Below the pieces are notes generated by a model. That model did not search any database and had not been told where the DNA came from. It saw only the letters and a list, made by a program, of their open reading frames with translations. The position numbers and the translations under genes were made by a program. A DNA stretch of 64,000 nucleotides from Bdellovibrionota bacterium (GTDB taxonomy: Bacteria > Bdellovibrionota_C > UBA2361 > JAAYZI01): NCBI GenBank assembly GCA_050950765.1, contig JBMNIF010000002.1, positions 224,001-288,000 on the forward strand, in the 5' to 3' direction. Below are positions 10,935 through 20,438 of this stretch, one piece after another. Positions within the stretch are counted from its first letter, which is position 1; each line of letters begins with the position of its first letter.

Positions 10935-11204
10935 TTATGGTCCGAGATATGGAATCTGTTCATAAACCCAGATCGTAAAACTTGAAATACGACCGATCAT
11001 AAAGTGTCCGAAAAGCAACAATGCTATAATCATAGCAGCGATTTTTGGGATAAAAGCTAAAGCTGCATCATTAATCTGCGTAGCTGCTTGGAAGATACTA
11101 ACTATTAAACCTGCCACAAGCGCCAGTAGCAACATCGGTGTAGAAACGATTACGGCTGTTTGCAAGCCAACCTGCCCCAAACGCATAAAATCATCGATAT
11201 TCAT
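10935..11204 (-). CDS. fliQ: Flagellar export gate protein FliQ
   Basis: GLIVSIFQAATQINDAALAFIPK. Confidence 0.95.
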   Translation of the reverse strand: MNIDDFMRLGQVGLQTAVIVSTPMLLLALVAGLIVSIFQAATQINDAALAFIPKIAAMIIALLLFGHFMIGRISSFTIWVYEQIPYLGP

Positions 11205-11223
11205 CGCGCTCTACCTCCCACTT

Positions 11224-11991
11224 TTAAACATGATACGTTTGTACCACTGAACTGATTATTAAATGCCAGCCATCAACGATTACAAAAAGCATTAATTTTA
11301 AAGGTAACGAAATGACTGTTGGCGGCAGTGTAATCATACTCATCGAGGTCAAGACCGAAGAGACCACCATGTCCAAGACTAAAAATGGCAAAGCTATTAA
11401 GAATCCGATCTGAAAAGCAGTAAAGAGTTCACTTAGAACAAAGGCTGGCACAGCAACAACGAATGAAACATTCTCAACATCTTCCGGCATTTCAGAACCG
11501 GTAATATCAAGAAAAAGTGCGATATCTTTCTCTCGGCTGTGCCCCACTAAAAATTCTTTCATCGGCTTAGAAGCTTTCTTCATAGCTTCTTCATAACCCA
11601 TAATGCCATCCATATACGGCTTAATTCCCCCCGTATACATATCGCTAAAAACAGGGTTCATCACAGCAAAAGTTAAAAAAAGTGCCAGTCCCGTCAAAAT
11701 TGTACTTGGTGGCAATTGTTGCGTTCCTAAAGCCTGCCTCGTCATACCTAAGACTACTGCAATCCTAGTAAAGGATGTCATCGTAAGGCAGATTGAGGGC
11801 AAAAACGCTATAACCGTAAAGATCGCTACAATTTTTAAAGTTGAAGCTATCGTTCCACCAGTTGCAATATTCGTATCGCCAATTTTTAAGGCTATCTCTG
11901 GTAGCTCCAACTCTTCACAAAAGCCGAGAGTAGGAACTAAAAGAGCACCCAAAGCAACTAAAAATAAAGATGGCTTTAAGTAAGTTTTCAT
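11224..11991 (-). CDS. fliP: Flagellar export gate protein FliP
   Basis: Signal peptide; MTSFTRIAVVL..RQALGTQQLPP; PAFVLSEL..AFQIGF; ISLPLKLMLFVIVDGW. Confidence 0.96.
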   Translation of the reverse strand: MKTYLKPSLFLVALGALLVPTLGFCEELELPEIALKIGDTNIATGGTIASTLKIVAIFTVIAFLPSICLTMTSFTRIAVVLGMTRQALGTQQLPPSTILTGLALFLTFAVMNPVFSDMYTGGIKPYMDGIMGYEEAMKKASKPMKEFLVGHSREKDIALFLDITGSEMPEDVENVSFVVAVPAFVLSELFTAFQIGFLIALPFLVLDMVVSSVLTSMSMITLPPTVISLPLKLMLFVIVDGWHLIISSVVQTYHV

Positions 11992-12524
11992 GCTGAGAGC
12001 CTCACATTCTCATCATCAAAGATCTCGGAAAAGGTATCTGCACTACCAACTCCGAGAACCTCTGTGCGTTCCGGTGTTTTTTCAGGACAAAATGAAACCT
12101 GTTCATTTCCGACAGTAAATAAGATCTCTCGACCAGCATATTCAGCTAAAACTAAGGTGGTTTTTGTTGTCACCTGCGTTTTTTCAATAATACGCACCTT
12201 GCGGGCAGCACCCTTTAAACCCCCGCCTTTATCATGAATTTTTCGGAGAATAGAGATGCCGATTAAAAATACTCCAAGACAGAGGCTCAACCCTTTAAGC
12301 ATAGTGAATCCGTTAGGTTGAGTGTCAGCAGTATCCGCTGCTAAACTCCAATCCGTAACACCCTTTGAAACTTTTACAGGTGTTGAAGCACGTTCTTGTT
12401 TAATTGATTCTTTAAGCTTAGCCACAGAATTGCGTAAAGCTACCTCTTTGGAGGAAGTAGCATCCTCTGCAAAAACAACTTGCGGCAAAAGAAAAACAGA
12501 AAGAAATAATATTATCCTAAGCAT
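11988..12524 (-). CDS. fliO: FliO/FliZ family flagellar biogenesis protein
   Basis: Lies between fliN and fliP; TM segment then VRIIEKTQVTTKTTLVLAEYAGREILFTVG (FliO beta domain); ATG at 12524 after GAGGAGG. Confidence 0.75.
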   Translation of the reverse strand: MLRIILFLSVFLLPQVVFAEDATSSKEVALRNSVAKLKESIKQERASTPVKVSKGVTDWSLAADTADTQPNGFTMLKGLSLCLGVFLIGISILRKIHDKGGGLKGAARKVRIIEKTQVTTKTTLVLAEYAGREILFTVGNEQVSFCPEKTPERTEVLGVGSADTFSEIFDDENVRLSA

Positions 12525-12592
12525 TTTTATAAGCCTCCTCACCTCTTCGTATAACTTCTGTACACGAGCTCACACACAGAGAAGCGTTAGCC

Positions 12593-12946
12593 TCATCCCA
12601 ATCCTTCAACACGCTCATCAGGTGAGATGATATCGGTTAGACGAACACCGAATTTTTCATTAACAATCACCGCCTCACCTCTAGCGACTTGACGACCGTT
12701 AACATAGATATCCAACGGCTCTCCGGCTAGCTTTTCAAGCTCCATCACAGAACCTTGCCCGAGCTGTAACAGATCTTGAATAGTCATACGGGCTCTTCCA
12801 ACTTCAACACTAATCTGCAGTGTCACATCCAGTAAGAAATCAAGAGTCTGTGATTTTTTAGAAGTTATCGCTGTTACTGATTGAGAAACCTCTTCTGCGG
12901 CTCCAGCAACTTGCTCTAAACCTTCATTAATTCCTTCATTCTCCAT
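12593..12946 (-). CDS. fliN: Flagellar switch protein FliN
   Basis: LDFLLDVTLQISVEVGR..GSVMELEKLAGEPLDIYVNG..GEAVIVNEKFGVRLTDI; likely ATG at 12946. Confidence 0.96.
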   Translation of the reverse strand: MENEGINEGLEQVAGAAEEVSQSVTAITSKKSQTLDFLLDVTLQISVEVGRARMTIQDLLQLGQGSVMELEKLAGEPLDIYVNGRQVARGEAVIVNEKFGVRLTDIISPDERVEGLG

Positions 12947-13967
12947 TTTGTAATAACTCCTGTTTATTTCGATAAGCAATTAAATCTGCTGCCGGTATCG
13001 GACGTGTAATCCTAACCGCACGATTCCCTCGATAACTCCCCACATACCCATAAAATTTCGGCTCACCTTCAACCATAACCAACGCTTCATCAGAGGGATT
13101 AGTATCTAATGTCACAATGTCGTTTACTTTGAGGTTAAGGAAATCTTTTGTTGAAATAGTTCCCTGCGCTAACTGTACACTTGTTTTAGCAGTCGTCTGG
13201 CGAATATTGCGATCCATTCTTTGTATTAAGCCTGAATCGACCTCCAATCTTGTACTTTGAAAGCCCGTAGCAAGTTTGCTGCGTAACGGTTCAATCGTTG
13301 AATACGGCGTGCATAAGGTTAAGGTTGTGCTTTCAGACTCCAACTCCACTTCAATCGTAACAACGATTACAACATCAGTCGGAGGAACGATAGCAACAGC
13401 TAACGGATTAAACTCGGAACGAACATAGACAAAATCAACTGGATGTATCGGTGCCCAAGCATCTTTTAAAACATCAAGCGCAACCATCACTATTTTACCG
13501 ATCAATCTATTTTCAATCGGCGTAAATTCACGACCTTCAATTTTAACACGACCCTGTCCACCACCTCCAAAAAGGCTATCTACAATGCCAAACACTAACG
13601 GTGAAGAAACAACCATCAAGGCATAACCTGATAACGGCGGCATTCTAAAAATATGTAGCGATGACGGTAGCGGCAGCTTTTTCATGAAGAGACCGAACTT
13701 TATCATCTCTATTCCGCCAACATTGGCAAAACAGGTTCGTCCGAGAAATTTAGCTAAATTTGTTCGAAATTGACGGGCAAAACGATCGTGTATTAACTCC
13801 ATAGTCGGCATACGACCACGGATAATTCTCTCCTGATTAGCAAGATCGAACTTCTTCACATCCATGTGAATATCTTGACGTGATTCAATAGAATCTGTTT
13901 CAACGTCCCCTTCGGAGAGACCTCTTAACAAAGAGTTTATTTCATCCTGAGTTAAAACCTGATTCAT
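12936..13967 (-). CDS. fliM: Flagellar switch protein FliM
   Basis: N-terminal VLTQDEINSLL CheY-binding-like motif, RIIRGRMPTMELIHDRFAR, GREFTPIE, C-terminal SpoA domain. Confidence 0.96.
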   Translation of the reverse strand: MNQVLTQDEINSLLRGLSEGDVETDSIESRQDIHMDVKKFDLANQERIIRGRMPTMELIHDRFARQFRTNLAKFLGRTCFANVGGIEMIKFGLFMKKLPLPSSLHIFRMPPLSGYALMVVSSPLVFGIVDSLFGGGGQGRVKIEGREFTPIENRLIGKIVMVALDVLKDAWAPIHPVDFVYVRSEFNPLAVAIVPPTDVVIVVTIEVELESESTTLTLCTPYSTIEPLRSKLATGFQSTRLEVDSGLIQRMDRNIRQTTAKTSVQLAQGTISTKDFLNLKVNDIVTLDTNPSDEALVMVEGEPKFYGYVGSYRGNRAVRITRPIPAADLIAYRNKQELLQNGE

Positions 13968-13993
13968 ACTACCTCACAAAAGTACACATCACC

Positions 13994-14605
13994 TCAAACA
14001 TTCGCTTTAACTTCCAGAGCGGCAACATTAAAACCACCATCTACATTTAATTTTATGCAGTTGCCTCCTAATAGCTCCACCTGCAACCTCTTACGTTCAA
14101 GATCTCCTTTAAAAAGCTCTTTTCGTAATACTAAGGCGTATTGCAACGCTCCATGCCAAGCATCTTCAGAACAAGATCTGACGAGAACCTGCCCCGTCTC
14201 CCTTGTTGCTAAAAAATCAGCCAGCTGCGCCTTTGCCTTAGGCGTTAACTCACCATTTTCAGAAAAATCAGTAGCAACAAAAAACAATTTTTCTGAAAAT
14301 TGCTTCTCCTTTGGCTCTTGCTCCTTATTTAATGCAAGGGCGGTGCCAACTTTATGGCTTTGTATATGATTACTTTTTGCAACAGAAGGGTTCTTTATTT
14401 TGCTATCATTTAAAGGAGTTAAGTCATTATTTGGGATCGGCTTAATATGCCCGTAGCAAACTAAGGAAAGTATAAAACATAACAAGAGTGTCAAAAGATC
14501 GCCAAAACTGACCAACCACTCTGTTCTTTTTTTGCCAGAGGCATTACCACCTGCTTTTATGGTGTTTTTTCTAAAATCAAAATCCTGCACCATCTTTTTC
14601 ACCAT
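13994..14605 (-). CDS. motB: MotB-like stator protein with degenerate OmpA-like domain
   Basis: WLVSFGDLLTLLLCF MotB TM motif with conserved Asp; C-terminal region lacks clear GHTD / LS..RA motifs. Confidence 0.7.
   Translation of the reverse strand: MVKKMVQDFDFRKNTIKAGGNASGKKRTEWLVSFGDLLTLLLCFILSLVCYGHIKPIPNNDLTPLNDSKIKNPSVAKSNHIQSHKVGTALALNKEQEPKEKQFSEKLFFVATDFSENGELTPKAKAQLADFLATRETGQVLVRSCSEDAWHGALQYALVLRKELFKGDLERKRLQVELLGGNCIKLNVDGGFNVAALEVKANV
14333..14349 (-). promoter_or_regulatory. Putative sigma54 -24/-12 promoter inside the motB-like gene, oriented toward fliM
   Basis: Minus strand reads TTGGCACCGCCCTTGCA (GG-N10-GC, near consensus). Confidence 0.5.
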
Positions 14606-15074
14606 TTAACTTAATAAACTTAACCTTAGCCTGTGTTCCAAGTGGTAGCTCCGCTGTAAGAATCCTCCAACTATCTTGTGGAATATTTTGACCTTCAAGG
14701 TATTTTGCAAGGGTAATTGCACGTCCCAAAGTAGTATTGTAATCAAGCTCAGAAGGAGAGGCGGGGCTGAGTAAGATCTCCATATCGATATCGTGATTCT
14801 CTAAAAGCATCACCAAAGCAGTTACGATATCTGCATTTAGATCGTGTGTAGCTTCTTTAAATAGATCATTATAAGTGACTTCACTTAAATCCGTAGCCTT
14901 TACAAAATTTCTTATCTCAACTTGATCTTCTGGTGTTTTTTTAGGTTGCGGTCCTCTTAAAAACGCTCCAATTGTAAAAACAAGGATGATTAAAATCAGT
15001 GAAAGGTATTGCACAAAAAAGGTGTTCTTTACACCCTTTCTCCCTTTCATCTGTTCAATAAAGTTGAGCATCAA
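14577..15074 (-). CDS. Single-TM protein, probable Asp-less MotB paralog
   Basis: Directly after motA; FFVQYLSLILIILVF aligns with the MotB TM but has no Asp; TTLGRAITLAKYLEGQNIP resembles the OmpA-like LS..RA..V..YL..GI motif. Confidence 0.5.
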   Translation of the reverse strand: MMLNFIEQMKGRKGVKNTFFVQYLSLILIILVFTIGAFLRGPQPKKTPEDQVEIRNFVKATDLSEVTYNDLFKEATHDLNADIVTALVMLLENHDIDMEILLSPASPSELDYNTTLGRAITLAKYLEGQNIPQDSWRILTAELPLGTQAKVKFIKLNGEKDGAGF

Positions 15075-15100
15075 AACCCTCGTAACCTCTCGCTATCACA

Positions 15101-15883
15101 CTACGCAGCCGGTGCTAGTGGTAGAAAGCTTTGTAGCCTCTGCTCTACAACTATTGCATTTTCCTGATTACCTAAACTTAAAACACCTTCTATCGTAATA
15201 GCCTTTACAATAGCATCCTCTTCACTTCTAGCTTTTAACTTCCCTGCCACAGGCAGAAACAACATATTTGATAAAACAGCACCATAAAACGTTGTAACCA
15301 TCGCAACAGACATGGCTGGACCCACAGTTGCAGGATCGTTAAGTTTCCCCAGCATACTGATTAAACCTAAAAGCGTGCCGATTAACCCCATAGCAGGCGC
15401 ATAACTCCCCATTGCTTCAAAAACATTTATAGCATGTGAGGCTTTTTCCACTGATGCTCTAAGCTCTGTCTCTAATATATTACGAATATCGGGAGCATTT
15501 TGCGCATCCACAGAGAGCCTTAACGCTGTTGTCAAAAATTTGTCATCCACCTCTTCGGCAGCCTGCTCAAGGACGAGCAGCCCTTCTCGACGAACCAACC
15601 CTGCTAACCTGACCAGAAACTTAATCCTATCTTGCGGGTGATAATCTTTGGTAATAAGAACGTCACAAAAAGCGCTCCAAGCGTGTTTAATATCGTAAAA
15701 AGAAAAATTGATAAGGGTGGCACCAATAGTACCGCCAACAACGATTAATGCACTCATCGGACTGACAAAATTTCCGAAATCGCCACTAAAAACCATTCCT
15801 GCCAGTAGTAAAAAGATACACAGTGCCAGCCCTGCAACGACACCACGATCTAAATTTTGAAGATCACCTTGCCAATATTTCAC
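15101..15883 (-). CDS. motA: Flagellar stator protein MotA/PomA
   Basis: LIVVGGTIGA, RREGLLVLE, YAPAMGLIGTLLGLI, VAMVTTFYG, PVAGKLK. Confidence 0.95.
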   Translation of the reverse strand: MKYWQGDLQNLDRGVVAGLALCIFLLLAGMVFSGDFGNFVSPMSALIVVGGTIGATLINFSFYDIKHAWSAFCDVLITKDYHPQDRIKFLVRLAGLVRREGLLVLEQAAEEVDDKFLTTALRLSVDAQNAPDIRNILETELRASVEKASHAINVFEAMGSYAPAMGLIGTLLGLISMLGKLNDPATVGPAMSVAMVTTFYGAVLSNMLFLPVAGKLKARSEEDAIVKAITIEGVLSLGNQENAIVVEQRLQSFLPLAPAA

Positions 15884-15959
15884 TTTTCCAATCCTCTAAG
15901 TATTCATAAGAAAAGCTCTATTCAGATAAAAATAGATACTTTCGCCTACCCCTTATAGG

Positions 15960-16040
15960 GCAAGCTGCATGCCAAAGATGTTCTTAATTAAAACAATATG
16001 TTATGATATTTTCTGAAGGAAAAAGCGTCTAATATTTGAC
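15960..16040 (-). promoter_or_regulatory. sigma54 promoter of motA with IHF-like site and candidate enhancer box
   Basis: Minus strand TTGGCATGCAGCTTGC at 15960-15975; AAACAATATGTTA IHF-like at 15991-16003; GTCTAATATTTGAC dyad at 16027-16040. Confidence 0.7.
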
Positions 16041-16157
16041 ATAGGGGTGATAGAGTCATTTTATTCTCTTTTTTTACTGTTTATGAAAAGATTCGGCAAA
16101 AAAGCCTGAAAGAGGATAAGTATCGGACGGTGTTTAGACACGAGGGGCATTTGTAAA

Positions 16158-16937
16158 ATGGCAGCACAAAGCAACAATCAAAATATAGATTTAAAATCAC
16201 AAAAGACTCAACAAGATCTGTTACTCGAGAAGATTCAACATTTACTAGATCGTACAGATCCGAATGATTGGCGTAAAGGTGGCGCACCATTAAATCCAGA
16301 TGATCGTTTTAAAAAACCACAACAGACTTGGGAAGAGTTATATACATTACCGATCCCTGCTGGTGTACTCGCCATGCGCAAATCTACACCTGTAAGGAGT
16401 GACTTCCTCGGTAGAGGCTTTATGCTAATTCCCGCAGCACCACCGCAATTTACGGTAGAGCTACGTCCACACGGTTGGCATCACAGCGATTTAACCGATC
16501 CATATAAAAGAACGCAGTCCGCTGATCGGAGTTGTCGTGTTCTTTGCGAAGGGGATATCGCTATCAAGATCTATAAACAGATAGAAAAAGCTTACAACAA
16601 CTTTCATGATGCTCAACAAAGTTCGTTCGATAAAGAGGTTTATGATTTTGCATGTAGACTCCCTGCTCTACTTAGAGAAGAAACTACCTCTCTCTGGGAG
16701 AGGATTGAAGAGACGGCAGGTGATGTGCGTTTTGTAACAGAAATGAAGGAGATGCGAATTGAAGTTGTCCATAACTTCATAGGGCAACGTGAAAATTACG
16801 AGCTTAATGTAACTAAGTTACGCCTCCGCTCAAATATTAAAGACCGTGCCTTAGCAAAAGAAATTTTTGAAGCTGTGGAACAGTTAGGAACAACTTCTCG
16901 TTTGCACACTCTATCACAAGCCTTAGAAGAGCTTTAA
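16158..16937 (+). CDS. Hypothetical protein divergent from motA
   Basis: 259-aa ORF with GAGGGG RBS; no recognised family. Confidence 0.7.
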   Translation: MAAQSNNQNIDLKSQKTQQDLLLEKIQHLLDRTDPNDWRKGGAPLNPDDRFKKPQQTWEELYTLPIPAGVLAMRKSTPVRSDFLGRGFMLIPAAPPQFTVELRPHGWHHSDLTDPYKRTQSADRSCRVLCEGDIAIKIYKQIEKAYNNFHDAQQSSFDKEVYDFACRLPALLREETTSLWERIEETAGDVRFVTEMKEMRIEVVHNFIGQRENYELNVTKLRLRSNIKDRALAKEIFEAVEQLGTTSRLHTLSQALEEL

Positions 16938-17109
16938 AAATTAACTTTATTAAAAAATTTTATTCTTCATCACAGCAAGCGAGATGACCCGTTCGGTCTT
17001 TCTCTAAAAGTTCTCACCTTTACGCTAGCAGCATGAATTATAACCCCTATTATAATAGTAGATGTATCTAGCCACTTAAGATATGAAGGGTTAAAGAGCG
17101 TGATAAGTG

Positions 17110-17670
17110 TTATTTTTCCGATATTTCACATAAAATATGAACTATCGTGATATGCGATTCCTGAATCCTCGCCGTATTCTCTGCAGGAACGATGATAGCG
17201 ATATCCGCCACATCTTTAATTTTGCCACCGTCCTTTCCTGTTAAAGCAATGGTAAAACACCCCTTTTCTTTAGCTACTTGAACGGCTTCAATAACATTTT
17301 TTGAATTACCAGAAGTCGAAAAACCGATTAACACATCTTTAGCCGAACAGAACGTTGCTGCATATCGAGCAAAGGCAGATCGATAGTCGTAATCATTTGA
17401 CCAACACGTCAGTCCACCAGGATCGGAGAAGGAAAGCGCTTTAAATCCTTTTCTTTCCTCTTCATAACGGGCAACTAACTCTTGTGTTAAGTGCATAGAA
17501 TCACAACAAGAGCCGCCATTACCGCAAGAGTAGACCACTCCACCTTCTGCTATAACATCTTTAACCTTCTTAGCTGCTAAAGCTATCTGAGAAACTATCT
17601 CATCACTATCAACAATACTTCGCTTTATATTAGCAGATTCTGAAAAACGATTTTTGATAAGATCTTTCAT
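17110..17670 (-). CDS. gmhA: Phosphoheptose isomerase (SIS domain)
   Basis: CGNGGS, SNDY, FSTSGNSKNV, ALTGKDGG, TARIQESH. Confidence 0.93.
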   Translation of the reverse strand: MKDLIKNRFSESANIKRSIVDSDEIVSQIALAAKKVKDVIAEGGVVYSCGNGGSCCDSMHLTQELVARYEEERKGFKALSFSDPGGLTCWSNDYDYRSAFARYAATFCSAKDVLIGFSTSGNSKNVIEAVQVAKEKGCFTIALTGKDGGKIKDVADIAIIVPAENTARIQESHITIVHILCEISEK

Positions 17671-17693
17671 ATAGTCACACCATACTTGAATAT

Positions 17694-17933
17694 TTAATAC
17701 TTAACAGTATACCCACCAGGCTTTCTGTCTACTACACGACTTGTTGGAGCTTTCGGCTTTTTTGCTTCCCGCATTGCGGCATTACGTCGTTTTTTTTCAC
17801 TGTGATTATCTCTGATGGAATCGAAAATAAACATCATTACAAACCACAAGCCTCCTACAATCAGTGCGCCTATTAGCACACCTAGCATGGCATTACCACC
17901 TTCTAGAGCTCTTTTCCGACCATTTTTCATCAT
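17694..17933 (-). CDS. Small single-TM protein (paralog of 17956..18189)
   Basis: Basic N-terminus, G, ~22-aa hydrophobic stretch, basic tail ending PGGYTVKY. Confidence 0.6.
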   Translation of the reverse strand: MMKNGRKRALEGGNAMLGVLIGALIVGGLWFVMMFIFDSIRDNHSEKKRRNAAMREAKKPKAPTSRVVDRKPGGYTVKY

Positions 17934-17955
17934 AGTAAATCACCGTGTCCTTCAA

Positions 17956-18189
17956 TTAATACCTGATAGTAGTACCTTTTGGTGCTCTCTCTTTTTTCGG
18001 CTCACTTTTAAATTGCTCCAAATGGTGTTGCCTACGCCTTTTGACCTTATCTTCTTTATAATTAAAAATCCAAGATTGCAACATAAAGAAGAGGGCCACA
18101 ATAACTGAAGCAATAAGAGCAACAGCGATTAGTGCGAATTGAGACTCCCCCCGTTCAGAAGATGAATTAGCAATATTTTTCCTCACCAT
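17956..18189 (-). CDS. Small single-TM protein (paralog of 17694..17933)
   Basis: ERG followed by hydrophobic stretch, basic tail ending PKGTTIRY. Confidence 0.6.
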   Translation of the reverse strand: MVRKNIANSSSERGESQFALIAVALIASVIVALFFMLQSWIFNYKEDKVKRRRQHHLEQFKSEPKKERAPKGTTIRY

Positions 18190-18261
18190 ATCACCCTTTC
18201 TACAACTAAAAGATACTACTTCAAGAGAAGTACTATCACGGTTACCTTTTTAATAAATCAA

Positions 18262-19035
18262 CTACTCCTCAATCTCCTCTTCGTCCTCTTCAAGCAACCA
18301 ATCATCCTCAATCTCTGCCGAATCTTGCTTTGATTCATATTTATCCTTAACCAATCCGTTCCTGTATTGATAGTAAGCAGATTGCGTGAACAGGTAGTAA
18401 TCAACTGAACTTTCCTTAGCTGCCTTCATAGCTTCCAGCAAACCGTATCTGGTATCGATAAGATCTAAAGCAGTAGCACTTGAAGAGATGGTCCAATCCC
18501 ATTCCCAAGAGAGATCCGACCAATCATCAATCCAATACCAAGGAGAGATAAAAAACTCTACGCACTTGCCTATCCCATCACGCACCGTCGTTGGACCTAA
18601 AAATGGTAGCATAATATAAGGTCCCGCTGGTATCCCTTGATAAGCAAACGCTACACCGATATCTTCATAATGGTGCTCTAAACCGATTTCAGAAGCAACT
18701 TCAATAAATCCTGCCACACCGACAGTTGAATTTACAATAAAACGCCCCGTATGTTTTAAAGCTTGAGTAAACTTAAGTTGAATCAGATCACTAAGTAAAT
18801 ATTTAGGATAGGAGAGGTTTTTAAAGAAATTATTTACCCCTTTTTTAACGAATTCAGGCATCACATCACCATACCCACGTGCGATAGGCTCTGCTACATA
18901 CACATCCAAAGTATCATTAAACTCAAAAACAGCCCTATTGAATGATTCAAAAGGATCACTGATTTCATCCTCTGCAAACACCACACCGTTTACTAAGACA
19001 CCGCACATTAGAAAGACGTAGAATAATCTTTTCAC
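18262..19035 (-). CDS. mlaA: MlaA/VacJ family lipid asymmetry protein
   Basis: DPFESFNRAVFEFNDTLD, GRFIVNSTVG, GPYIMLPFLGPTTVRD. Confidence 0.92.
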   Translation of the reverse strand: MKRLFYVFLMCGVLVNGVVFAEDEISDPFESFNRAVFEFNDTLDVYVAEPIARGYGDVMPEFVKKGVNNFFKNLSYPKYLLSDLIQLKFTQALKHTGRFIVNSTVGVAGFIEVASEIGLEHHYEDIGVAFAYQGIPAGPYIMLPFLGPTTVRDGIGKCVEFFISPWYWIDDWSDLSWEWDWTISSSATALDLIDTRYGLLEAMKAAKESSVDYYLFTQSAYYQYRNGLVKDKYESKQDSAEIEDDWLLEEDEEEIEE

Positions 19036-19053
19036 AAGCCTACTCCTTTACTT

Positions 19054-19941
19054 TTAATTCAAAACCTCTGGCGTTAAAGGATCCGATCCTAACTGAATTT
19101 CTTTACCGTCAAGAATTCCATCACGATCAGTATCAACATCTAGTGGCGATGTGCCTAATGCCAACTCGACATCATCCCGTACTCCATCACCATCACTATC
19201 GGCACTTCTCCAATTAAGTCCTTTTCTTTTTTCAAAAGAATCGCTTAAACCATCACCATCACTATCTTGTGGCACACTTGCACTATCCAAAGGATCACTC
19301 CCTGAAAGAACCTCCGCACCATCACTTATGCCATCACCATCCGTGTCCGGATTTTTAGGATCCGTCCCGAGTAGAGCCTCTTCCTCGTTTGACAGACCAT
19401 CCAGATCATCATCAACCCCTCGATATCTCGCCGTGAACGAAGTGCGGGGTGCCACAGCGGGAACAGAGTTGGGATCTCTCGGATCGCTTCCAAAATCATT
19501 TTCAAGAGCATCCGAAAAACCGTCTCCATCACTATCAACAGTGTTATCATCATAAATACGCCCCAACCAATTTTCAGGGCTAGGCGCTGTTGCCGTTTTA
19601 GTTGTACCCTCTTTTTTTAACAAATCCGCAAACATAAACAGAGAAAAACTTTCATCTGCAACTTCATCACCATCCGAATCATCACCTTCCTCATCGTCAT
19701 CAGGTGTAGCACTTGCAGAAGGTGTCGGGGTTTCTGTTTCTGTTTCAGTTTCAGTCTCTGTCGGTGTCTCGCTTTCACTCTCTGTTTCAGATGGAGAAAC
19801 TTGTACCTGTGCCCCAAAATAATAATCTTCCTGACAAGCGTTCGTTCCACTCACTATAAAAGCGATGCCTATTATAACAGTCGACACAACTGAACGTTTA
19901 AGTTCACAACATTCTCTCTTAAGCATATTATTATCCGTCAT
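19054..19941 (-). CDS. Probable exported/lipoprotein with bacterial TSP3-like Ca-binding repeats
   Basis: Hydrophobic segment ending TNAC; ET/PT linker; about 6 D(S/T/L)DGDG(L/I/F/V)SD..E...G(T/S)DP-type repeats. Confidence 0.8.
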   Translation of the reverse strand: MTDNNMLKRECCELKRSVVSTVIIGIAFIVSGTNACQEDYYFGAQVQVSPSETESESETPTETETETETETPTPSASATPDDDEEGDDSDGDEVADESFSLFMFADLLKKEGTTKTATAPSPENWLGRIYDDNTVDSDGDGFSDALENDFGSDPRDPNSVPAVAPRTSFTARYRGVDDDLDGLSNEEEALLGTDPKNPDTDGDGISDGAEVLSGSDPLDSASVPQDSDGDGLSDSFEKRKGLNWRSADSDGDGVRDDVELALGTSPLDVDTDRDGILDGKEIQLGSDPLTPEVLN

Positions 19942-20438
19942 AAATTATCTTCCACCATCAAGAAAAGTACGGCGCCATAGAAAAAATACACTCCCCATAT
20001 TCTCCAAATAAATGCTGCTTCACTATAATCAATAAAAAGAAGATGCAAAACACCCTCTTATTAAAACTTTAACACGGCATAAAGAGACTTTTTAGAAGCC
20101 CCCCACAACACTCAACAGGATGATTTTATTAAATATAATATAGATTTTTTTAAAATAAAACATTGTGCCGATGATTTTAGATAAGTTTGAAAGTGTCAAG
20201 AGCTTTTAATGCCCCTCAATACTTCACTCCAAACAACCCCACCCTTCGGAACTTCACGAGTTATTTCTGATGTTTTTAAATGTACGTATCTGAAAAAAAT
20301 CTTAAGAATATACGAATATATGCGATAAAGTTCCTTGAACTCATTAGCAAAATCTCTTTATATAAATTACAGTGGATTCCCTTAATGAATAAGTTTATAT
20401 TCCTCAGACGAAGTTTATTATTAGAATAAAAAACGATT

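Noticed and set aside
19729..19790. GTTTCT/GTTTCA hexamer run as a contingency microsatellite
   Set aside because: Imperfect, in-frame, and simply encodes the ET-rich protein linker
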